Shown here in pieces: positions 18,668-25,818 of a stretch of DNA of 25,902 bases (position 1 is its first letter; every line of letters begins with the position of its first letter). A program made the position numbers and the translations under genes. The notes under the pieces are model-generated. The model saw only the letters and a list, made by a program, of their open reading frames with translations, searched no databases and was not told the DNA's origin. This DNA comes from a virus. Its lineage: Duplodnaviria > Caudoviricetes. The DNA is taken from positions 1-25,902 of IMG/VR virus record IMGVR_UViG_3300048631_000255. One strand, 5' to 3'.

Positions 18668-19186
18668 ATGGCATGGTTTTATAACGGAAAACAAATATAC
18701 GGAACATGGATAGATTCGGAGGGAGCTAATCACCCTTCTACGTGGGATGAAGATTGGTCAGAAGAAGAGAAAAAAGCTAAAGGATTAATTGACAAAGGTG
18801 AAATTAACGCAAGGTTTTTTAATGATGATGGGACGAAGAAAACTTCGGATGAAATAAAAGCCAACGAGTTAGCTAGAATGGATGGACTAAGCACATTTAT
18901 ATTAGGTGCAACATGTAGTGACGTAATTAGTGAAGTAGATGGATCTCCTTTAGAAGAAGACATTCCCGAAAGCATATCCTCATCTAGAGCAGAGACGGAA
19001 GCCTCTCGTTTACAAGCACAATCTCTAATCTTAGAGAAAGATAACTTTGATGGTTTGTATGATTTAATTATGAATAGTAATAAGATGGTGCACGGGATTC
19101 ATGTTCCTTCTGGCTCAGGAAGTTGGGGAACAGAAGCTATATCAGAAGATGCATTACACAGAAGACCTCCCCTAGGGACAGAGTGA
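18668..19186 (+). CDS. Tail fibre assembly/chaperone-like protein (divergent)
   Basis: Start reassigned to ATG 18668 after AAGGAG; W..EG.NHP.TW...WS.EEK.AKGL N-terminus and IP..I...RA resemble fibre-associated small proteins. Confidence 0.5.
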   Translation: MAWFYNGKQIYGTWIDSEGANHPSTWDEDWSEEEKKAKGLIDKGEINARFFNDDGTKKTSDEIKANELARMDGLSTFILGATCSDVISEVDGSPLEEDIPESISSSRAETEASRLQAQSLILEKDNFDGLYDLIMNSNKMVHGIHVPSGSGSWGTEAISEDALHRRPPLGTE

Positions 19187-19698
19187 ACTCTATTAGTCAC
19201 ATAGGTGATATAGAACGGTGGAGTTTAAAAACACCTACGTTCTATTTGAAAAATATAAATAATAAAAAATTATCAGATGAGCTATTAACTAACGCTAAAC
19301 GAAAAACGGAAGATACTACCTCAACTTTTTTTGAAGATTTTGAGGCTAACATTAAAGACTGCCCAACAGCATTAGACTTACTAGATTCAGTTCAAGATAT
19401 AGCAACTGAATATTATGGAAATGTAGAGATGGTTGAGTGGTGGGCGCAGATACACCAACAAGGCGAAAGCACAAACCAACATCACCATCATCCTGCAACT
19501 ACATCTTGGTGTTATTGGGTAAATATCCCAGTAGGCGCAGGTAAGTTTGTTTTTGTACTGAATGATTATGCAAGTGTTATGTCTGAGGTTGATCCTGTAG
19601 AGGGAATGTTAATGTTTTTTCCAGGATGGGTTTCGCATAAAGTTACTAGAAATTTATCGAAAGATTACCGGATCTGCATTTCAGGAAACATAAGATGA
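19183..19698 (+). CDS. 2OG-Fe(II) oxygenase (TIGR02466-like)
   Basis: Probable GTG start at 19183 (GTGA overlap); WAQIH..G....HHH, PVEG.L.FFPGW..H.V..N....RICISGN. Confidence 0.85.
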   Translation: MNSISHIGDIERWSLKTPTFYLKNINNKKLSDELLTNAKRKTEDTTSTFFEDFEANIKDCPTALDLLDSVQDIATEYYGNVEMVEWWAQIHQQGESTNQHHHHPATTSWCYWVNIPVGAGKFVFVLNDYASVMSEVDPVEGMLMFFPGWVSHKVTRNLSKDYRICISGNIR

Positions 19699-19925
19699 AT
19701 AATCGGGATATGTTTTGGTATTTAAAATACATAAGCGCCATCATTGTTCTTATAGCGATTGCACTACATACGATACCGGAGGCTTATCCTATAAACGTGG
19801 TTGTACACTTGATTGGAGCAATCCTTTGGACTATAGTAGGATATAAGATGAAAGAAGGCGCTATCCTGCTCAATTTTACTCCTCAGATTCTTATTTTGGG
19901 TGGTGGATTAATATACTTTGAATAA
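19695..19925 (+). CDS. Small three-TM membrane protein (DUF6552-like)
   Basis: WYLKY..., YP.N...HLIG..LW..VG..., three hydrophobic segments. Confidence 0.6.
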   Translation: MNNRDMFWYLKYISAIIVLIAIALHTIPEAYPINVVVHLIGAILWTIVGYKMKEGAILLNFTPQILILGGGLIYFE

Positions 19926-19938
19926 AAGAGGATTATGA

Positions 19939-20199
19939 ATGGATTTAGCAGACATTATATTAACCGTCATAGGATTAGGTACTACCGTTATCATTGCTGT
20001 TCTCAAGTCTATAGTAACGGACGTTAAAGACTTAGAAAGCTCGATGAATCATTGCCAATCGAATATGCCAAAGGATTATCTATTAAAGCAAGAATATAGA
20101 GAAGATCAAAGGTCACTAAAATCAGATATTAAAGAAGATATTACAGAGATCAAACATCTGATAGGTAAGTTATTTGATAAGGTAGAGGGTAAGAAATGA
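19939..20199 (+). CDS. Putative holin/antiholin-like protein (N-terminal TM + coiled coil)
   Basis: One N-terminal hydrophobic helix, then MPKDY..K.EY..D...IK...KLFDK; first gene of the membrane cassette. Confidence 0.5.
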   Translation: MDLADIILTVIGLGTTVIIAVLKSIVTDVKDLESSMNHCQSNMPKDYLLKQEYREDQRSLKSDIKEDITEIKHLIGKLFDKVEGKK

Positions 20200-20261
20200 T
20201 CAACGTCCCACAATGCATAGGTGATTGTTGGATTTTGTGGCCCTATTTAATGTGTGCATAA
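20196..20261 (+). CDS. 21-aa micro-ORF MINVPQCIGDCWILWPYLMCA
   Basis: ATGA overlap with the upstream stop; its TAA runs into the next SD (TAAGGAG); fills the gap exactly. Confidence 0.4.
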   Translation: MINVPQCIGDCWILWPYLMCA

Positions 20262-20270
20262 GGAGACGAG

Positions 20271-20390
20271 ATGAGAACAGGTAAAATCATTAGAGGACGA
20301 AACGGAAGATTCTTAAAAGTAACAATACTTAATAAGATCAAATATTTTTGTAATTTCTTTATGACCAAGATAGAGACTTGGTTAAAGTGA
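20271..20390 (+). CDS. 39-aa basic amphipathic peptide
   Basis: SD AGGAGA; MRTGKIIRGRNGRFLKVTILNKIKYFCNFFMTKIETWLK; TGATG overlap with the next gene. Confidence 0.65.
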   Translation: MRTGKIIRGRNGRFLKVTILNKIKYFCNFFMTKIETWLK

Positions 20391-20776
20391 TGAGCTTCTT
20401 CATCAGAATATTATTATTAATATCTTTGATTGTTGCTTTTATGTTATCAGCAGGATGTAACTCACTCGAATTTAAGAATATAGCTAAGACAGGTGCAACT
20501 ACTGCGGTTACTTATGCGATAGCTGGCCCATTACCTGCTGTTGTTAACTTAGCCACCAGTGTAGCTGTAGATGAGGTCTTACCTGACGAACCCAAGATAA
20601 AAGATGTAAAAACTAAAACACAAGCTGTAGCTCTTGTCGCTACTTCTTGGGGTATGAACGCTTTATATGCCTTTATAGCGTTCTTATTGATAACTAATAT
20701 ATTAACCCCTTTGTTGACTAAAAAATGGGGTTATAATGAAGCTAAGAACAAATACAGGAGAAAAGAAGATGAATGA
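20390..20776 (+). CDS. Putative unimolecular spanin (lipoprotein with C-terminal TM)
   Basis: Start ATG 20390; hydrophobic signal and lipobox LSAG-C; C-terminal TM ALYAFIAFLLITNILTPLL and basic tail; 128 aa. Confidence 0.55.
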   Translation: MSFFIRILLLISLIVAFMLSAGCNSLEFKNIAKTGATTAVTYAIAGPLPAVVNLATSVAVDEVLPDEPKIKDVKTKTQAVALVATSWGMNALYAFIAFLLITNILTPLLTKKWGYNEAKNKYRRKEDE

Positions 20777-20879
20777 GTTATTAGATAAAATTAGATCAAT
20801 GAAGAAATCTACACTAGCAGTGATAGGCATATTCACGATTATTATTATTGCTAATCTACTTGGCTATGGTGGTGGTTAA
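20769..20879 (+). CDS. 36-aa single-TM protein
   Basis: MNELLDKIRSMKKSTLAVIGIFTIIIIANLLGYGGG; overlaps the upstream stop and abuts the next ATG. Confidence 0.6.
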   Translation: MNELLDKIRSMKKSTLAVIGIFTIIIIANLLGYGGG

Positions 20880-21023
20880 ATGAATAGAAAGTGTGTATTG
20901 GTATTTCTATTAGGAGTAGCCCTTTCTACTTCAACATACGCTTTCTTTCAACAGTGGATGGGTATGCCGCAACAAATGATGCAGCAAATGGTACAACCTA
21001 AATGTGAGTGCAAAGACGATTAG
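20880..21023 (+). CDS. 47-aa secreted Gln/Met-rich peptide
   Basis: MNRKCVLVFLLGVALSTSTYA|FFQQWMGMPQQMMQQMVQPKCECKDD; signal-peptide-like N-terminus. Confidence 0.6.
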   Translation: MNRKCVLVFLLGVALSTSTYAFFQQWMGMPQQMMQQMVQPKCECKDD

Positions 21024-21029
21024 ATGGTA

Positions 21030-21035
21030 TATAAT
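21030..21035 (+). promoter_or_regulatory. -10 element for the candidate small RNA
   Basis: TATAAT 6 nt upstream of the first base of the hairpin; no + strand ORF of note follows. Confidence 0.5.
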
Positions 21036-21041
21036 TAGATC

Positions 21042-21098
21042 GTCTGTTAGGCCCCTAATACTCTCCTCGTATTTCCTCTAACAGACACCTCTATTTTT
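21042..21098 (+). ncRNA. Candidate ~55-nt hairpin sRNA with an anti-Shine-Dalgarno loop (may also act as terminator)
   Basis: GTCTGTTAG 21042-21050 pairs with CTAACAGAC 21078-21086; AATAC 21057-21061 pairs with GTATT 21069-21073; loop TCTCCTC 21062-21068; T5 at 21094-21098. Confidence 0.55.
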
Positions 21099-21264
21099 CT
21101 GGCTCTCTCAATAATTTATTACACAAATCGATAGCTGCTTCGCAAGTATGATGCCTTGTAGAGTTATCTTCAATCAGATCAATTCGTTTGATCAATTCTT
21201 TTAATCCCGAAACTACAGTTTGACATTCCGTATGAGTGTGTTTAACTTTTAATATGTCTTGCAT
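21091..21264 (-). CDS. 57-aa hypothetical protein (His/Cys-containing)
   Basis: SD GGAGG; MQDILKVKHTHTECQTVVSGLKELIKRIDLIEDNSTRHHTCEAAIDLCNKLLREPEK. Confidence 0.65.
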   Translation of the reverse strand: MQDILKVKHTHTECQTVVSGLKELIKRIDLIEDNSTRHHTCEAAIDLCNKLLREPEK

Positions 21265-21422
21265 CTTTTTTGCGCCTCCAAGCCTATAATTTTACTGACA
21301 TGTTCTCTTGTCATTTTTTGCATGCCCCTTCTCTCTGCTGCAGTTTTACCTTCGAGATCTTGGAGCTTAATAATCCTATCTTTCAATCTTTGTATTTCTT
21401 CTTCTATTGCATTTCTTTCCAT
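21249..21422 (-). CDS. 57-aa hypothetical coiled-coil protein
   Basis: SD AAGGA; MERNAIEEEIQRLKDRIIKLQDLEG...KRCKTY; starts 2 nt after the upstream stop. Confidence 0.65.
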   Translation of the reverse strand: MERNAIEEEIQRLKDRIIKLQDLEGKTAAERRGMQKMTREHVSKIIGLEAQKRCKTY

Positions 21423-21424
21423 AA

Positions 21425-21766
21425 CTATTTTTCCTTATAATAACCTAAAGCATCCGACAAATGATCTTTCGCATAAGTAATAAAGTTATAAGAAAATTCT
21501 TCATCATAATCCCCATATTTCCCCGGGATCTCAGTAGTATAAACAAAGCCCTGTCCTTGATTTAAAACCCAGTCGATCACTTTGGCGACTCGCTTGTTCT
21601 TATTATAAACCTTTTCCCCTTCCAGGTCTTTAGGAACCAGGTGTTCTACTTGCATAGTCTTTTTAGTAATTACTCGATAGAATTCTTCCAATGCATCTCC
21701 CCTATTGTAATCCCTCTGATTATCATAGTCTTCGCCTATTTGAAAATCGATTAATGTTTCGCTCAT
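21425..21766 (-). CDS. Hypothetical protein
   Basis: 113 aa; strong SD GAGGAGAG. Confidence 0.7.
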   Translation of the reverse strand: MSETLIDFQIGEDYDNQRDYNRGDALEEFYRVITKKTMQVEHLVPKDLEGEKVYNKNKRVAKVIDWVLNQGQGFVYTTEIPGKYGDYDEEFSYNFITYAKDHLSDALGYYKEK

Positions 21767-21779
21767 ATTGTCTCTCCTC

Positions 21780-23105
21780 TTATTGTTTTAAATATTCTAA
21801 TAGCTCATTCTGGTTTTTTGCTTTTGAAGCAAGAGCCTTCATGACCTTTTCGTCCATACCGCCTTTAGCGACGATGTGCATAATCTTAACTGGTTTCTCT
21901 TGACCTTGTCGATGTAATCTAGCATTAAATTGTTGATACAATTCCAATGACCAATTTAAACCGAACCAGATGATAGATGAACCGCCTTGCTGCAGGTTAA
22001 GCCCATGACCTGCACTAGCAGGATGAGCAAATAGCAGTTTTATCTTTCCTTCGTTCCATAACTGTACCTCTACGCCCGATTTAGATAGACTAACACCTTG
22101 CGGAAAAGCTTTAGAGAGGCGTACGCGATCAGATTTATAGTTATATGCGATCAAAAACGTCTCATTTGGGTTATCTTCGATAATATCTTTGATTGCTTTA
22201 ATCTTTAAATCATGTATGATGTGCGTTGCCCCTTCTGCATCATAGACTGCACCATTACATATCTGCAGTAACTTGTTTGCTAACGTCGCCGCACTTAATG
22301 CCTCAATGTCGCCTTTCTCCAAAGTGATCAAGAATTCTTTCTCAAGTTCTTTGTACTGTTCCTTAACCTTTTCAGGAAAATCAATATATTCAGTAAGGTC
22401 AATTCTTTCGGGTAGTTCTAGATAGTCCTTGGATGACATAGTAATACATACGTCCTTGATTAACTTCTGGATTTCTTTATCTGCTCCTTTGTTTGGTTCC
22501 CAGTTGTAACCCATGTAGCCTGATGGGTGTAGAAATCTAGATCTAAAGTTACTAATCGTGCGGCCAAGTCTTCGACCGTTATCAATCAGATACATCTGAG
22601 ACCAAAGATCAGTGATGCTATTTGGACTAGGCGTTCCAGTTAATAGAACAACGCTCTTGAAATATTTGGTTACTTTTTTCAATGCTTTGAACCTTTGACT
22701 CTTCTGAGATTTGAACGAGGATGACTCATCAACAATAACCATGTCCCATTTCCATTTTCGTGTACGTACAAGCCAAGGAATGTTCTCCCTATTGATAACA
22801 TGTATGTCTGAATCAGAATCAAGTGCTTCGATTCGTTTCTTCTCTGAACCAGTAGCAATTGAAATAGTTAAGTGTTTGAGATGTGACCATTTGGTTGCTT
22901 CTTGTTTCCAAACTGTATTCGAAACTCTGAGTGGTGCAATAACCAGAACATTCTCAATTGCGAAATCTTCTAACATATCTGATGCGGCAGTTAAAGTCGT
23001 AACGGATTTACCTAATCCCATATCCAGAAACAAAGCGCACTTACGATTGTCTTTAATGAACGCAAGTGCTTTGTTTTGGTAATCGTGTAGGTCAGACCTA
23101 TCCAT
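21780..23105 (-). CDS. SNF2-family (SF2) helicase/ATPase
   Basis: LHDYQ, LDMGLGKS (Walker A), IVDESS, LTGTP, GHGLNLQ, QFNARLHRQGQ; likely start ATG 23105. Confidence 0.95.
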   Translation of the reverse strand: MDRSDLHDYQNKALAFIKDNRKCALFLDMGLGKSVTTLTAASDMLEDFAIENVLVIAPLRVSNTVWKQEATKWSHLKHLTISIATGSEKKRIEALDSDSDIHVINRENIPWLVRTRKWKWDMVIVDESSSFKSQKSQRFKALKKVTKYFKSVVLLTGTPSPNSITDLWSQMYLIDNGRRLGRTISNFRSRFLHPSGYMGYNWEPNKGADKEIQKLIKDVCITMSSKDYLELPERIDLTEYIDFPEKVKEQYKELEKEFLITLEKGDIEALSAATLANKLLQICNGAVYDAEGATHIIHDLKIKAIKDIIEDNPNETFLIAYNYKSDRVRLSKAFPQGVSLSKSGVEVQLWNEGKIKLLFAHPASAGHGLNLQQGGSSIIWFGLNWSLELYQQFNARLHRQGQEKPVKIMHIVAKGGMDEKVMKALASKAKNQNELLEYLKQ

Positions 23106-23553
23106 TTGCGGTAAGCATCTCATAAACGGCTTTGACTCTAGAGCGCCTTTTAACTTGTTTATCTTTAATCGAAACTATTGTTTGGGTTATGCCGCAAACA
23201 TAACGTCTTCCGGATATGACTTGATAATGATTTCCTGCGACGATTAGAAAGACTCTTCCTTTGCTTCTTTCTTTGACTGTGTTCTTTAACCATCTAGCTA
23301 AGGTTGGGCGTTTGTTGGTATCTTCGCCTCCTCCCCAATATTGCATTTGATAGTCTATGTTGTAATTGTGGAAGAGCACATCTAACAGATCGCCTTCTGC
23401 AACGCCTGTGATCATTCTTCTTCCCGTATATTCCCTAAGGGCTTTTGCAGTATCTGCAGTATCGACGTTGGTTAATGCTGAGATGGCCGAAGGTCCACAG
23501 AATCGATTTGATCTGCGTCCTTGTTCTTTTTTAACATTATAGATCTTCATCAT
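23098..23553 (-). CDS. Hypothetical protein with papain/C39-like Cys-His signature
   Basis: FCGPSAISAL and FLIVAGNHYQVISG; own promoter and SD AAGGA. Confidence 0.5.
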   Translation of the reverse strand: MMKIYNVKKEQGRRSNRFCGPSAISALTNVDTADTAKALREYTGRRMITGVAEGDLLDVLFHNYNIDYQMQYWGGGEDTNKRPTLARWLKNTVKERSKGRVFLIVAGNHYQVISGRRYVCGITQTIVSIKDKQVKRRSRVKAVYEMLTANG

Positions 23554-23567
23554 TTTATCCTTTTATT

Positions 23568-23591
23568 AACATCTTCAAAATTGTTGATGTT
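23568..23591. repeat. Inverted repeat in the 5' leader (operator or RNA hairpin)
   Basis: On the - strand: AACATC-AA-CAA-TT-TTG-AA-GATGTT, between the -10 and the SD. Confidence 0.55.
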
Positions 23592-23597
23592 GAGCCC

Positions 23598-23626
23598 ATT
23601 ATACCGTACTCTTGACTATTTGTAAA
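23598..23626 (-). promoter_or_regulatory. Near-consensus sigma70 promoter
   Basis: TTTACA (23626-23621), 17-nt spacer, TATAAT (23603-23598). Confidence 0.85.
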
Positions 23627-23628
23627 TC

Positions 23629-23895
23629 TTATTTGACAAATATATTCTTACCTTTTTCAATATCATCAATAATATACACCTCAAGATCTTGCTCTCTGAT
23701 GCGGCTAATAATTTTCTCTTGTAACTTCGTAGGCTTCTTTTTAGGAGCTTTAAATTCTATGAATATGCATTTACCTGACTTGAGGTATATTCGGTCCGGT
23801 ACGCCGCGATTTGACGGTGAGACAAACTTATAACTTAACCATCCTTGTGTCTTTGCGTAGTCACTTACTTTCTTCTCGATCGTTGACTCTCTCAT
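23629..23895 (-). CDS. VRR-NUC domain nuclease
   Basis: MRESTIE, KFVSP..RGVPDRI, FIEFKAP, LQ; 88 aa. Confidence 0.93.
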   Translation of the reverse strand: MRESTIEKKVSDYAKTQGWLSYKFVSPSNRGVPDRIYLKSGKCIFIEFKAPKKKPTKLQEKIISRIREQDLEVYIIDDIEKGKNIFVK

Positions 23896-24316
23896 ACTTT
23901 ATTTGTATCCCCAATTTCGTTAACATATCTATGCCTGACTGATCAGCATAGCCTTCCGAATATATTACCGTCTTGCAACTAGTGTTTGCAATTAATTTTG
24001 CACAGGTAATACAAGGTGCTGTAGTTAAATAAATTGTATCAATATCCATCGTATTATCACATTGCAATAATGCGTTTTGTTCCGCATGTGTTGCCATACA
24101 AAAATTTAGATTCATTCCTGACTCTTCGTCCTGTCCGCCGCAAGGGGTATGAATACAGTGAGGAAATCCTTTCGGTACTCCATTATATCCAGTAGCCTTT
24201 ATGTGACCATAAGGGTTTATGATGACACAACCAACGGATCTACGGGGACAAGTTGATCGTGTAGATACTAATCGTGCAATCTTTAAAAAGTATTGGTTTC
24301 TGCTTTCTCTTCTCAT
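23861..24316 (-). CDS. dCMP deaminase family protein
   Basis: Start reassigned to ATG 24316 (ATGA overlap); RSTC.RR.VGC, TGYNG.P, HAEQNAL, PCITC zinc motif. Confidence 0.93.
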   Translation of the reverse strand: MRRESRNQYFLKIARLVSTRSTCPRRSVGCVIINPYGHIKATGYNGVPKGFPHCIHTPCGGQDEESGMNLNFCMATHAEQNALLQCDNTMDIDTIYLTTAPCITCAKLIANTSCKTVIYSEGYADQSGIDMLTKLGIQIKYERVNDREESK

Positions 24317-24462
24317 TTTATAAAATACACACAGACTAAAACAATTGCTAAAGTCACAAGTGGTAATCTTACAAAACACGTATGGCAATTGTCCCACTTA
24401 TCAAACATGTCTTTTTCAAATTCTTTTAACGAACGGCTAAGCTCTTTAATTCTTACTAACAT
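24313..24462 (-). CDS. 49-aa membrane protein
   Basis: SD GAGGAGAG; MLVRIKELSRSLKEFEKDMFDKWDNCHTCFVRLPLVTLAIVLVCVYFIK; stop overlaps the deaminase start. Confidence 0.65.
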   Translation of the reverse strand: MLVRIKELSRSLKEFEKDMFDKWDNCHTCFVRLPLVTLAIVLVCVYFIK

Positions 24463-24473
24463 TTTCTCTCCTC

Positions 24474-25817
24474 TTATTTAAATTCTTTATTAAAAATTTT
24501 GATATTTTCTAAAGTGTTATCCCTAACGCTTTTACTTCTAACCTCTTCTGACTTTAAAGCTAATTTGTCTCTATTGATAATCTCATCAGGTAAGACGTCC
24601 TTAAACAGTTCTTTTAGCACCTTTTTTCCTTTCCTAAGTTTAAAGCTTAGACCCAATGCATGCTTAACGATATAGGAAGCCATGAAAGGTGCTCGTAGTT
24701 CTACGACTGAACCCATCATGATGCGGTCTAATCTTGGATTGTGATAATAAGGTAATTCCTGAAACACATCTGAGTGTTGACTATCATAGTGATTGTTTCG
24801 TTTATAACCAGAGAAGAGCTCGTCTGCGCCATCTCCAGAAAGTACTACGTGAATTCCTTTATCTTTCAATGCGTTAGCTAATTGTGCCTGGGGTATAACA
24901 CTGCCTAAATCTACAGGCGTTTGATTGCGGCGGATAGCTTCTTCTTTAGTAACGGAATAATCTTTAAGATCAATCTTTTCATAATCATCTGTCAAAAGCT
25001 TAACATATTCCTCTTCCCCGTTTTCAACATGAAAAGCTTTAATGTCTGGATCATGTCGAGTAGCAATTTCATAGATGATAGAACTATCCAATCCGCCTGA
25101 TAGTAGTATCGCTGGCTTTCTCTTACCTCCCATTCTTAACTTTACTGAACGGAATAAACCTTCTTCAAGATCTACGTCTTCCACTTCTTCCCAATCCCAA
25201 TAAGGCTTAATCTTTCCATCAACATAATAAGATCCGATTGGCATTTGTTTAATCTCTAGCCAAGGCGTCATTCCACCAATGTCATAACCAAACTTAGGTA
25301 TAGCCGAAAAGAAAAGTTCATCCTTATTTGTTTTCCCTAATAAGCTTAAAGGATAAGGTTCAGAACAAAGAGCCTGCATATCTGTACGATAATACAAAGG
25401 CTTTTGAGATAAGTAATCAACGATGCCAATTAAACGTCCGTTATCAATTGCTGCAAAGTTCCAGAATCCATCGATCTCATGCAAACGTGATGTGGTTTGT
25501 TGTCCCATAACAAAGTCTGTAAATAGTTGGGAATCATTTTCAGATTCTAAATTGTATTTTTCCTTCAATTCTTTCCAATTAAATATCTCCCCTGAGAAAG
25601 CACCAGTAAAGTTTTCACCCCATCGCTTATTCCTTAAGGGTTGTTCGTACTTGGACTTTTCTAATGAAGTCATAGGTAAAATGTTATGAAGAACAAAAGC
25701 TCCATTCTCATTGTATACCGACGTCTCAAGACCACGATGAGACAAAGACTCTGTTAATTGTCTCACTTGATCCTTCCATAAAGGTTTTTCTGTTTTATAA
25801 ACTAAAAATCCGCACAT
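24474..25817 (-). CDS. Asparagine synthetase B-like amidotransferase
   Basis: N-terminal MCGF (Ntn Cys), HRG, GEIFN, QKPLYY, LLSGGLDSS PP-loop, LSGDGADELF.GY, LDR..M...VE.RAPF. Confidence 0.93.
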   Translation of the reverse strand: MCGFLVYKTEKPLWKDQVRQLTESLSHRGLETSVYNENGAFVLHNILPMTSLEKSKYEQPLRNKRWGENFTGAFSGEIFNWKELKEKYNLESENDSQLFTDFVMGQQTTSRLHEIDGFWNFAAIDNGRLIGIVDYLSQKPLYYRTDMQALCSEPYPLSLLGKTNKDELFFSAIPKFGYDIGGMTPWLEIKQMPIGSYYVDGKIKPYWDWEEVEDVDLEEGLFRSVKLRMGGKRKPAILLSGGLDSSIIYEIATRHDPDIKAFHVENGEEEYVKLLTDDYEKIDLKDYSVTKEEAIRRNQTPVDLGSVIPQAQLANALKDKGIHVVLSGDGADELFSGYKRNNHYDSQHSDVFQELPYYHNPRLDRIMMGSVVELRAPFMASYIVKHALGLSFKLRKGKKVLKELFKDVLPDEIINRDKLALKSEEVRSKSVRDNTLENIKIFNKEFK

Positions 25818-25818
25818 C

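Noticed and set aside
24376-24387. Heme c-binding motif in the 49-aa protein
   Set aside because: The sequence is CHTCF, not CxxCH
24474-25817. AsnB-like gene as an ordinary asparagine-biosynthesis auxiliary gene or as QueC
   Set aside because: Context is pyrimidine nucleotide genes; it lacks the QueC Cys-rich zinc motif and no folE/queD/queE is in view. Asn synthesis is not excluded but seems less likely
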